From the NCBI GenBank assembly GCA_023416455.1, contig JAEZHQ010000129.1, positions 771 to 64,770 on the forward strand: a DNA stretch of 64,000 nt. The letters are read 5' to 3'. Made by a program: the position numbers and the translations under genes. Shown in pieces: positions 40,685 through 50,100 of this stretch (the first letter of the stretch is position 1; every line of letters begins with the position of its first letter). This DNA comes from Pseudomonadota bacterium. Lineage in GTDB: Bacteria; Pseudomonadota; Alphaproteobacteria; Azospirillales; Azospirillaceae. The notes beneath the pieces are model-generated. The model was given only the letters and a program-made list of their open reading frames with translations, made no database searches and was not told the DNA's origin.

Positions 40685-41131
40685 ATGACGACGATGCTCA
40701 ACGACACCGCCTCGTTGATGCGCATCCGGACCGGGGAGGCGGTGGAGCGCAAGGAAGCGGGCACGCCGCGCCCGCCGGGCGAGTTGGCGGGGCAGTTCGC
40801 CGCCATGCTGGAACAGCTCAACGGCGTCGACGCGGGCGCCAGGGACGGGGCACAGGCGGGGACGGCCTCCCTCCCCATCGACGCGGCGGGTGGCACCTGG
40901 CTCCGGGCGCCCGAGGGTGACGCGGCAACGCCCTGCCTTGGCGTGGGGGCGGTCAGCCTGTTCGCCCAGAGCGTGGCGGAGGAGGAGGTCACGGTTCCGC
41001 TGCCGGCGCAGCCGGAGGAGGCGCTTGAGGTCGTGGAGAGCGCGCTGAAGGCCGGCGGCGCCTCCGACTTCCGCTGGCTGACCACGCTTCTGACCCAGGG
41101 CGTGCCGGAAGCGGCGGACGGGAACCCCTGA
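40685..41131 (+). CDS. Hypothetical protein, ~148 aa
   Basis: Open frame with coding-like composition from MTTMLND. AGGGG upstream. Confidence 0.65.
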   Translation: MTTMLNDTASLMRIRTGEAVERKEAGTPRPPGELAGQFAAMLEQLNGVDAGARDGAQAGTASLPIDAAGGTWLRAPEGDAATPCLGVGAVSLFAQSVAEEEVTVPLPAQPEEALEVVESALKAGGASDFRWLTTLLTQGVPEAADGNP

Positions 41132-41318
41132 TGCTGTCCTGACGGAGGTGCGTCGCGGCACCGCCGCGTCCCCCGGGCGCCGGATCATACGGCCGGCGCA
41201 TGAATGCTTCCCTGATCGGCCCGCCTCCGCGGATCTTGGTTTCGCGCCCATATGGGCGTGGTCGGATGCCAGGGCGAGAAATACCGGGGCCAGACGTCAG
41301 GACTTTCCGGCCCCGGCA

Positions 41319-42080
41319 TCAGACCGTGCAGAGGAAGCGGCGGCTGGCGCCTTCCAGAACCAGGGCGGTGAGGCGGTTGGTGGCGAAAGCCCCGGTGTCG
41401 ATGCCGATCCGGTTGGACCGGATTTCCGGCTGGAGGGCGATGGTGTGCCCGTGCACGACCACCTTGCCGTGATCGGCCTGCGAGGCCAGGAATTCCTCGC
41501 GGATCCACATCAGGTCCAACGCGTCCTGACGGTCGAGCGGAACGCCGGGGCGGACGCCGGCATGGACGAAGTGGTAGTCGCCGATGCTGACGCAGGTGCG
41601 CAGGCGGGTCAGGAAGGATTTGTGGTGGGCGGGCAGGGCGGCGCGGAACTGCTGCTGCGCCTCTTCCAGGCGCTCGGCCGGCGTGGCCTCCGGCGGTGGG
41701 ACGACCCCGTAGCTGGCCAGCGTCGCGTTGCCGCCGTAGGTGAGCCAGTTGCCCCCGACGCGGGCGTCCTCCAGGAAATCGAGCAGGGTGGCCTCGTGGT
41801 TGCCGCGCAGGTGGATCGCGCCGAAGCCCGGCGGCGGGCCGGCCGCCAGCCGCTCGATCACCGCCCGCGACTGCGGGCCACGATCCACATAATCACCGAG
41901 AAAGACGATGTGCTTGACGAGGTCGGTGGCGGCGCCGTCGCTTTCGATCTGATGCAGAAGTTGATCCAGGAGGTCGAGGCGGCCGTGGATGTCGCCGACC
42001 GCGTAGACGCGCACGCCGCGCGGCACCAACGCCGCGGCAGGTTCCGGTTCCGCCCACAGTTTGCGCGCAAAGCCCAACAC
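41319..42080 (-). CDS. Calcineurin-like metallophosphoesterase (PPP Ser/Thr phosphatase family)
   Basis: GDIHG, LGDYVDRG, LRGNHE, VHAG, HGHT, IDTG. Confidence 0.94.
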   Translation of the reverse strand: MLGFARKLWAEPEPAAALVPRGVRVYAVGDIHGRLDLLDQLLHQIESDGAATDLVKHIVFLGDYVDRGPQSRAVIERLAAGPPPGFGAIHLRGNHEATLLDFLEDARVGGNWLTYGGNATLASYGVVPPPEATPAERLEEAQQQFRAALPAHHKSFLTRLRTCVSIGDYHFVHAGVRPGVPLDRQDALDLMWIREEFLASQADHGKVVVHGHTIALQPEIRSNRIGIDTGAFATNRLTALVLEGASRRFLCTV

Positions 42081-42291
42081 CGTCCGCTCTCCCCATCCTG
42101 ATGCCCGTCGGCAAGGCTCACGCCGGACGGACGCCGGTGGCCGTCGCGCAGCAGCGCTCCCGGTGACAACAGGGCGCCCAGGGGCGCCGTCCACCTCTCA
42201 CACCAGGGTACTTCCGCTGAGAATATATGGATATGTCAAGCGCTCAGTGCGAATAGCCCCGGAATCCGTAGGGTTGGAGCAGGGACTGGAG

Positions 42292-42984
42292 TCAGGAGCC
42301 CGGCATGGCCCGGTCCAGCGCCGCCAGCAGGCCCTCCAGATGGAGGTCGACCACCCGCCGGTCAAGGCGCGGCCAGTGGTAGACCCGGGCCGCCGTGGGC
42401 GACTCCACCTGAAACTCCAGGCGCGACGCGCGGCCGGCACGGATCGGCGGCAGCAGGCGTTCCATCGGGCCGCAGGTCAACCCGACGCGCCGGGCTTCCT
42501 TGACCGCGGCGAAGCGCCGGATCATCTCCGCGCCGGCTTCGGCCTCCCCCAGGGCGCCGGTGGCGGCCAGGGCCAGGAAATCCAGGAACTCCGGCGGCGC
42601 CCGGTCGGGGCCGCCATCGCCATCGCCATCGCCATCCCGATCCCCATCGAGCGCGCGGGCGAGCCCGGTCAGCTCGGCCGGGGTGTAGAAGCCCTGCGTC
42701 CCCGCCCCCTCGACCGTCAGCAACACCGGCCGGTCGAGCGCGATCGGACGGTCGAAGACGATGTGGAGCGTGGTGCATTGAGCGTCGCGCACGGCGTTGA
42801 CGGTCAGTGCGCTGAGGCCGCCCCGGTTGTCGGGGAAGCCCTGGATGGCGGCCACGGTGCAGCGCCGCGCCGTGCCCTCCCCGACGCAGCTGGCCTCCGC
42901 CACGGCGGCCGGGCGCGGCGCGTCGGCCGATGCCGGCGCCGCGCACCCCACCGCGAGCAGGAGAAGCCCAACCCAGCGCGCCAT
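42292..42984 (-). CDS. Exported hypothetical protein with Cys pairs and a DG repeat
   Basis: Signal or lipoprotein-like leader LLLAVGC. AAGGGAG RBS. Confidence 0.65.
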   Translation of the reverse strand: MARWVGLLLLAVGCAAPASADAPRPAAVAEASCVGEGTARRCTVAAIQGFPDNRGGLSALTVNAVRDAQCTTLHIVFDRPIALDRPVLLTVEGAGTQGFYTPAELTGLARALDGDRDGDGDGDGGPDRAPPEFLDFLALAATGALGEAEAGAEMIRRFAAVKEARRVGLTCGPMERLLPPIRAGRASRLEFQVESPTAARVYHWPRLDRRVVDLHLEGLLAALDRAMPGS

Positions 42985-43188
42985 TCCCGATGCTCCCTTC
43001 CGCCCGTGGCCGGTTCGACGAGGGCCGAGGGTAGCCGTGGTGGGCTTTCCTGTTGGTTAACGGGCTCACGGGGGGGGAGCGCGGAGCGGGCCGGCCGGTC
43101 CGGGTGGTGAGCGAAAGGGCCTGTTCCGTCCCGGCTGCCCCTGGTGTACCCTCTTTGGAGATCAGGGAAGATCGGGTGGGAGGCGGGC

Positions 43189-43644
43189 ATGCCGGTGTGG
43201 CGCCGTTACCTTGTGAAGGACGCATCCGGGCGGCTGGACGAGCTGCCGAGCGGGCTGTACGACCGTGCCGACGACGGCACGGCGCCGATCCCGGACTATG
43301 CCGGCCGCTGCGTGGAGGTGGTGGCGGCGGTGCTGGTCGGTGAGCAGGGCCGGGCGCCGCGGCTGACCGAGGTCGCCTTTACCAAGCTCTATTTCGACCA
43401 GTCCGGCTATGTCGACGCCGTCAAGCGGGAGCGCATGATCCGGCTGATGCTGGAAAGCTGCGCCGACCGACGCTGCCGGTCCCCGGCGCGGCCGGAATGC
43501 GCAGCACTCGCCCGGCGCGCCGACGCGGCCCGCCACCAGCTGACGCGGGAGTTCGGCTGGGACCCCGCCCCGGCGGAGGTCAACGCCGTGCTCCACCACC
43601 TGGACGGGGCGTCGCGGCCGGCCCGGCGGCCCACCCTGCACTGA
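43189..43644 (+). CDS. Hypothetical protein, 151 aa
   Basis: GGGAGG RBS before MPVWRRYLVKD. Coding-type codon use. Confidence 0.7.
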   Translation: MPVWRRYLVKDASGRLDELPSGLYDRADDGTAPIPDYAGRCVEVVAAVLVGEQGRAPRLTEVAFTKLYFDQSGYVDAVKRERMIRLMLESCADRRCRSPARPECAALARRADAARHQLTREFGWDPAPAEVNAVLHHLDGASRPARRPTLH

Positions 43645-43665
43645 GGCCGGCCTTACCCCCCGCCT

Positions 43666-44829
43666 TCAGCGGCGGGGGAAACGGGCGGCCAGCCGCTCCA
43701 CGGCGGCGTCGAGGATCTCGTCCTTCTTGGAGAAGCAGAAGCGGATGCAGGTCCGCGGGGCGTCCTCGACGAAAAAGGCGCTGACCGGGATGGCGGTCAC
43801 GCCGGCCTCGGCGGTCAGCCGCCGGCAGAAATCCTGATCATCCCCGTCGAAGCCGAAGGCCGAGACGTCGGCCACGACGAAATAGGTGCCGGCCGAGGGC
43901 AGCACGTCGAAGCCGACCGCGCGCAGGCCGGCGGTCAGCCGGTCGCGCTTGGCCTGGAGCCCGGCGGCCAGCCCGGTGAAGTAGGCGTCCTCCTTGCGCA
44001 GCCCATAGGCGACCGCGGCCTGGAGGTTCGGCGGGGTGGTGAAGGTGATGTATTGGTGCGCCTTGGCGACCGGTTGCAGCAGATGCGGGGCGGCGGTCAC
44101 ATAGCCGACCTTCCAGCCGGTCAGCGAGAAGGTCTTGCCGGCCGAACCGATCTTCAGGCAGCGGTCGCGCATGCCGGGCAGCGTCATCAGCGGGATGTGC
44201 GGGCGGCCGTCGAAGACGATGTGCTCGTACACCTCGTCGCAGACCGCCAGCGCGTCGAAGCGCTGCACGAATCCGGCGATCAGCTCCAGCTCGGAGCGGG
44301 TGAAGACCTTGGCCGCCGGGTTGAGCGGGTCGTTGATGAGGACCAGCTTGGTCCTGGGCGAGAAGGCGGCCTCCAGATCCTCGGCCGTGAAGCTCCAGTC
44401 GGGGGCCTTCAGGCTGACGAATCGGGGCACGCCGCCGGCCAGCCGGACGATGGGCAGATAGCTGTCGTACATGGGCTGGAAAAGCACCACCTCGTCGCCC
44501 GGATCGATCAGGCCGAGCAGGCAGGCGGTCAGCGCCTCCGTGGCGCCGGACGTCACCATGACCTCGCTCCTCCAGTCGACGTCCAGCCCGTAGAAGCGCG
44601 CAGCATGGGCGGCCAGCGCCTCGCGCAGTTCCGGCGTGCCCATCATCGACGGGTACTGGTTCCAGCCCTCCAGGAGCGCGCGCGCCGCCGCGTCCAGAAC
44701 GTCAGCCGGCCCGCGCTCGTCGGGGAAGCCCTGGCCGAGGTTGATCGCGCCGTGCTGCTCCGAGAGACGGGACATGATCTCGAAGATCGTGGTTCCATAG
44801 CTCGACAGAAGTGCGTTGCCCGACTTCAC
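43666..44829 (-). CDS. PLP-dependent class I/II aminotransferase (YbdL/kynurenine-type)
   Basis: TTIFEIMS..AINLGQGFPD, TSGATEA, CDEVYEH, SAGKTFSLTGWKVG. GTG start inferred. Confidence 0.93.
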   Translation of the reverse strand: MKSGNALLSSYGTTIFEIMSRLSEQHGAINLGQGFPDERGPADVLDAAARALLEGWNQYPSMMGTPELREALAAHAARFYGLDVDWRSEVMVTSGATEALTACLLGLIDPGDEVVLFQPMYDSYLPIVRLAGGVPRFVSLKAPDWSFTAEDLEAAFSPRTKLVLINDPLNPAAKVFTRSELELIAGFVQRFDALAVCDEVYEHIVFDGRPHIPLMTLPGMRDRCLKIGSAGKTFSLTGWKVGYVTAAPHLLQPVAKAHQYITFTTPPNLQAAVAYGLRKEDAYFTGLAAGLQAKRDRLTAGLRAVGFDVLPSAGTYFVVADVSAFGFDGDDQDFCRRLTAEAGVTAIPVSAFFVEDAPRTCIRFCFSKKDEILDAAVERLAARFPRR

Positions 44830-44908
44830 CGCTTCCCGCTCCCCGCTCCGTGATGCCGAGGGGCCTGCGATGGCCACCATCGAATGCCTTAGGCTCAAAC
44901 CCGGCAGC

Positions 44909-45010
44909 CTGAAGTTTCGTGCGTTCGATCTGAATCGCACGAAACTCCTGGCCATTGTTCTGCGAGCGGAGTCACGCTTCGAATCGATTCCGATTCCACG
45001 CGATCCGCTC
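44909..45010 (-). repeat. Dispersed palindromic intergenic element, copy 2 (two hairpins)
   Basis: The reverse complement of 44909-44992 aligns without gaps to 2263-2346. Hairpins AGTTTCGTGCG/CGCACGAAACT and GAGCGGA/TCCGCTC. Confidence 0.75.
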
Positions 45011-45039
45011 CTTGGCTTCCACGCGATCCGCTCCTTGGC
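44994..45039. repeat. Exact 23-bp tandem duplication
   Basis: ttccacgcgatccgctccttggc x2. Confidence 0.9.
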
Positions 45040-45382
45040 CCCGCAATGTGCGAAACGGTCCGATGACCGGCCGATCATGGATCGCCGAATGCGCCCGCCG
45101 TGAGACCCGGCGCAGGATGGAGATGGACGCCGGTCTTGTCCAGCGAGCCGACGTCGCATCGCCGCGGCATCCGGATCTGCCGTTTTGATTGCATTAACAT
45201 AATGCAATGCTCTTAATAAGAGTGTCTCGCGGCGCCCAGGCACCAAAGAATCGATCACGTCCCGCCGGTAGCATCTTGGTAATTCTTTTGGTTTAGAGTT
45301 CATACGTTTAGCAGGCTTCCGGATGCTTCGGCGGCGCCAACGCGCCGCTGGCGGCGCAGGGCGGGCGGGACAAGGTTATGGC

Positions 45383-47014
45383 ATGAGAGCGCCGGTCTCC
45401 TTCACCGGGGGGGTCTTGGTCTTCACCGCCATCGCGCTGGCGGCGGTGTGGGGCGGCTACGCCCGGCTCTCCCGCGCCGTGCTGGACAACCAGACCCAGG
45501 AGATGGTCGCCCGCGCCGGGACAATGGCACGGGCCTTCGAGAAACACACGCACCGCGTCCTCCATGAGGTCGACGTGGCGCTGCGCAACATCGCCCTGAA
45601 CGTCGCGCAGGGCGGTCTGGAGGGGGGCCGCCGTTTCATCGAACGGGGCTTCTACGATCCCGACCTGATCCGTCATTTCTCCGTCACGGACGCGGCCGGC
45701 GCGGTGGTCTGCTGCGGCACCGCCGCGGATGCCGGGGCGGCCCTCGACAACGAGGCCCTGGTCGCCTTCCACCGGACCCCCGCCGGGGCCGACCGCATGC
45801 ACCTCGGGCCGGCGGTGCCCGGTGCGCCGGCCGGGCATCCGCTTCTGCGGCTCAGCCGCCGGCTGAACGGGCCGGACGGCGGTTTTGCCGGGCTGGTCGT
45901 CGCCAACATCGACTCCAACTACCTGTCGGGCCTGTACCAGCCGGCGGCGCTGGGGCCGAACGGGACGGTGACGCTGATCGGATTCGACCGGGTGATCCGC
46001 GCCCGCGGGGGACGCCAGGCGCCGCGGGGCATCGGGGTGGCCATCCCTCATTCCAAGCTTTGGGAGGAGCTGGAGCGGTCGCCGGACGGGGTGTACTGGC
46101 AGGACAGCCTGACCGACGGCCTGAGGCGCGCTTTCGTCTACCGCCGGATCGACGGTTACCCGCTGGTGGTCGCGGTCGGCGCGGCCGAAGTGGACGTCGA
46201 GGCGGCGGCGGCCGGTCTGCGGGGCACCCTGTCGGTCATCGCGGTCCTGCTGAGCGCCTCGATCGTCCTGGTGGCCACCTTTCTGGTGGAGCAGCACCGC
46301 ACGGCCGAGCGGCTGCGGGCCGCGCTCAACGTGAATCGCGACTTCCTGGCCCGCGTCAGCCACGAGCTGCGCACCCCGCTGAACGCCATCATCGGCTTCT
46401 CCGAGGTGATCAAGGAGCAGATGCTGGGTCCGCAGGCCGGCCGGCGCTATGCCGACTACGCCAAGGACATCCATGATTCGGGGCGGCACCTGCTGACTCT
46501 CATCGACGACATCCTGGATCTGTCCCGCCTCCAGGCCGGAGCCCAGGCGCTGCATCTGGAGCCGGTGGACGCCGCCATGGCCGTGGACTGGGCCGTCCGC
46601 ATCATCGCCCCCCAGGCCGAGGCCAAGGGCATCCGGCTGGAATGGGAGGTCCCGCCCGGCCGCCACTGCATCACCGCGGACGAGCACGCGCTCAGGCAGA
46701 TGTTGCTCAATCTGCTGAACAACGCGGTCAAGTTCACGCCGGACGGCGGGTGCATCCAGGTGACGGTCGGCGTCGGGGCGAACGGGCGCTGCCACATCCG
46801 CATCGTCGACAACGGGATCGGCATGACGCCGGAGCAGTTGCGCCAGGCGGCCGTTCCCTTCGGGCAGACGTCGGCCCTGGTCACCCGCGCCGGCCAGGGG
46901 ACCGGCCTCGGCCTTCCCATCGTCAAGTCGCTGATGGAGGCCCATGGCGGGCGCCTGCGCATCGACAGCCACCCCGGCCGGGGAAGCCAGGTGACCCTGG
47001 AGTTCGCGGCCTGA
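45383..47014 (+). CDS. Membrane sensor histidine kinase (Cache/PDC sensor, HisKA, HATPase)
   Basis: Two TMs, FLARVSHELRTPLNAIIGFSE, NLLNNAVKFT, DNGIG, GTGLGL. Confidence 0.93.
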   Translation: MRAPVSFTGGVLVFTAIALAAVWGGYARLSRAVLDNQTQEMVARAGTMARAFEKHTHRVLHEVDVALRNIALNVAQGGLEGGRRFIERGFYDPDLIRHFSVTDAAGAVVCCGTAADAGAALDNEALVAFHRTPAGADRMHLGPAVPGAPAGHPLLRLSRRLNGPDGGFAGLVVANIDSNYLSGLYQPAALGPNGTVTLIGFDRVIRARGGRQAPRGIGVAIPHSKLWEELERSPDGVYWQDSLTDGLRRAFVYRRIDGYPLVVAVGAAEVDVEAAAAGLRGTLSVIAVLLSASIVLVATFLVEQHRTAERLRAALNVNRDFLARVSHELRTPLNAIIGFSEVIKEQMLGPQAGRRYADYAKDIHDSGRHLLTLIDDILDLSRLQAGAQALHLEPVDAAMAVDWAVRIIAPQAEAKGIRLEWEVPPGRHCITADEHALRQMLLNLLNNAVKFTPDGGCIQVTVGVGANGRCHIRIVDNGIGMTPEQLRQAAVPFGQTSALVTRAGQGTGLGLPIVKSLMEAHGGRLRIDSHPGRGSQVTLEFAA

Positions 47015-47139
47015 GCGGCGGTCCGCTCCGCCCCGCAAAGCCATGGCGAAACGCTTGGCGCTTGGGCATACTCCCGCCGGATTTTTCAAGCGTCGCGCCG
47101 GCCGCCTTGGCGCCGGGCGGCCGGTCCAGGGAATCTCGA

Positions 47140-50100
47140 ATGTTGCGTGCGTTGGCGCGTGTCTGTGCCGTCCTTGTCGCGTCCTCCGTCCCCGTCGCCG
47201 CCGCCGAGACCGCGCCGGCCGAGGGGGTGCCCTTCGGCGTCTCCGGCGCCGAGGTGGTGGCCGAACGCGACGTCCCCCAGGCCTGCTTCACCTTCACCGA
47301 CCGGCTGGAGAAGTCGCGCACGGTGGATTACCGCGACCATGTCGAGGTCGTTCCCGTCGGCGAGGGCGCGGCCTTCGAAGGCAGCCCGGTGGCGCGCGAC
47401 CGGACCTTGTGCGTCGAAGGGCTCCGCCACGGGCAGAAGTACCGCATCACCCTGCGCGAAGGGCTGCCCGGCGGCGACGGCCGGAGCCTGGCGGCGGCCG
47501 ACAGCCGTGAAATCGAGGTGCCCAACCGCAAGCCCAGCCTCGCCTTCCGCGGTGCGGGCTACATCCTGCCGCGAATCGGGGCGGACGGGCTGCCCCTGCG
47601 CTCCATCAACCTCGACCGCGCCCGGCTTCAGGTGCTGCGCATCAACGACCGCTCGCTGGTCGAGAAGATTTACTTCGGCCGCATCGCCCAGCAGCTCTCC
47701 GACCACGAGGTGGGCGAGATCCTCGACCGCGCCGGCCAGGAGGTGTGGCGTGGCGAGATGGCCATCAGCAACGTCCGCAACCAGGCCGTCGTCACGCCCT
47801 TTCCCATCGACGCCGTGCTGGGCCGGCTCGATCCCGGCGTCTACATCGCCGTGGCCGGCGCCGAGGAGGTCACGCCGGGCGGCTGGGACCACAAGGCGAC
47901 GCAGTGGTTCGTGGTCTCCGACCTCGGCCTGAACACCATCATGGGCGAGGACGCGCTGGTGGTCTTCGCACGCTCGGTCTCCGGCGCCACGCCGGAGGCG
48001 GGGGTGGAGTTGCGCCTGCTCGCCCGCAACAACGCCGAGCTGGGCAAGGTGAGCACCGGCCCCGACGGGATCGCCCGCTTCGACCTGGCCGCCCTGCGCG
48101 CCGCCGGGGGCGAGGCCCCACAGGCCCTGTTCGCCTACCGCGGGGCGGGCGACTTCGGTTTCCTCGACCTTGCCGCCCCGGCCGGCGGCACCGCCCGCCC
48201 GGCCCCCGGCCAGCCCGACGCCTTCCTCTACACCGAACGCGGCATCTACCGTCCGGGAGAGACGGTGAACCTGGCGGTGCTTCTGCGCGACGCCGACGCC
48301 AAGCCGGTCGCCGGGCGGTCGCTGACCTTGCGCATCCTGCGGCCGGACGGATTCGAGGTGGAGCGGCGTCCGCTGGCCGACGCCGGGGGCGGTGGCTTCA
48401 CCACCCGCATCGGGCTTCCCGGCAACGCCTATCCCGGCCCGTGGACCGTCACCGTCCACGCCGATGCCGAGCCGGGCGCCACGCCGTCCCCGGCCGCGGG
48501 AGCGGCCGCCCCGGCCGGTGGGCCGGCCTCCGGAGCGCCGGCGCTCGGCCCGGCGCTTGGCCGGGTCGAGTTCCTGGTGGAGGACTTCGTGCCGCCGCGG
48601 CTCGACGTCGCCCTGACGGCAGCCGACCGCGAACTGCCGGCCGACGGCCGGACGGTCCTGACCATTGACGGGCACTTCCTCTACGGCGCCCCGGCGGCGG
48701 GCCTGCCGGGCCAACTGGCGGTGACCCTGCGGGCGGCGGAGAACCCCTACCCGAACCTGCCCGGCTACCGTTTCGGCCTGGCCCAGGAGGAGGTGGCGCC
48801 CCAGCGCTCCGAATTGCCCGGCTTCACCACCAACCGCAACGGCCAGGCCGAAGTCGAGCTGGGTCTGCCCAAGCCGCCGGAAAGCACGCGGCCGCTGGAG
48901 GCCGTGGTCCGGGCCACCCTGCTCGATGTCGGCGGCCGCTCGGTCAGCCGCGACCTGATCCTGCCGGTGCGCCACCAGCCCTTCGCCATCGGCATCCGCC
49001 CGCGCTTCGAAGGCGAGGGCGTGCCGGAGGGGGCGACCGCCAGCTTCGACGTGCTCGCCGTCAGTCCCGACGGCACCCCCGTCGACCGGGAGGAGCTGTC
49101 CTACGAGCTGTTCGAGGAGGAGCACGACTACGTCTGGTTCGAGGCGAACGGGCGCTGGGACTACAAGGTGACGGTGCGCGACCAGCGCGTCACCGGCGGC
49201 TCGCTGGCCACGCAGCTGTCCAAGCCGGGAACGGTGGAGGCGCCGGTGAACGCCGGCCGCTACCGGCTGGAGGTGTTCGATCCCAAGACCGGCGTCGCCA
49301 CCAGCCTGCGCTTCGCCGCCGGCTGGTGGATGACCCCGACCGACGGCGAGCGGCCCGACGAGGTGGACGTGACCGTCATGCTGCCCTCCTATCGGGGCGG
49401 CGAGACGGCCCGCGTCCATGTGAAGCCGCCCTACGACAGCCAGGTCTTCATCGCCGTCGCCGACCGCAGGGTCCGCCACGCCTCCACCCACCGGATCGGG
49501 CCGGAGGGCGCCTTCCTGGAGATCCCGGTCGATCCGGCCTGGACCGGCGGCGTCTATGTGCTGGCCACCGCCTTCGCCACGCCCGACCCCCAGGCCAAGG
49601 GTGCGCCGCGCCGCGCGGTCGGCCTGTCCTGGCTGTCGGTGGACGCGGCGCAGCGGACGCTCGACCTGCGCATCGAGGCCCCGGCGACGACCGAACCGCG
49701 CCGCCAGGTGAACGCCGAGCTGGTGGTCGAGGGCGCGGCGGAAGGCCAGCCGGCCTATGTGACGCTGGCGGCGGTGGACGACGCGGTGTCGCAGCTGACC
49801 GAGCGCCGCGCCCCGGACCCGAAGGAGCATTACCTCGGCAAGCGCCGCCTGGCGGTGGAGTTGCGCGACTCCTTCGGCCGGCTGATCGACCCGGTGGCGC
49901 CGGACCCGGCGCGGGTGCGGCCCGGCGGCGCCACCCGCCTGCGCCCGGTCGGCGTGAGGGTGCCGCAGAAGTCGGAACGGGTCGTCTCGCTGTTTTCCGG
50001 AATCCTGCCGGTGGGCGCCGGCGGCCGGCTGTCGGTGCCGCTGGAGGTTCCCGACTTCCAGGGCCGGCTGCGCCTGACGGCGGTGGCGTGGAGCGGCGAC

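Noticed and set aside
44830..45303. 158-codon in-frame N-terminal extension of the aminotransferase through the repeat element
   Set aside because: The family-like sequence begins at GTG 44829, which has an SD-like sequence upstream. The extension is non-protein-like and crosses promoter-like DNA, so it is probably a chance open frame.
46642..47139. N-terminal extension of the alpha-2-macroglobulin ORF
   Set aside because: It overlaps the kinase off-frame. The signal peptide begins at ATG 47140.
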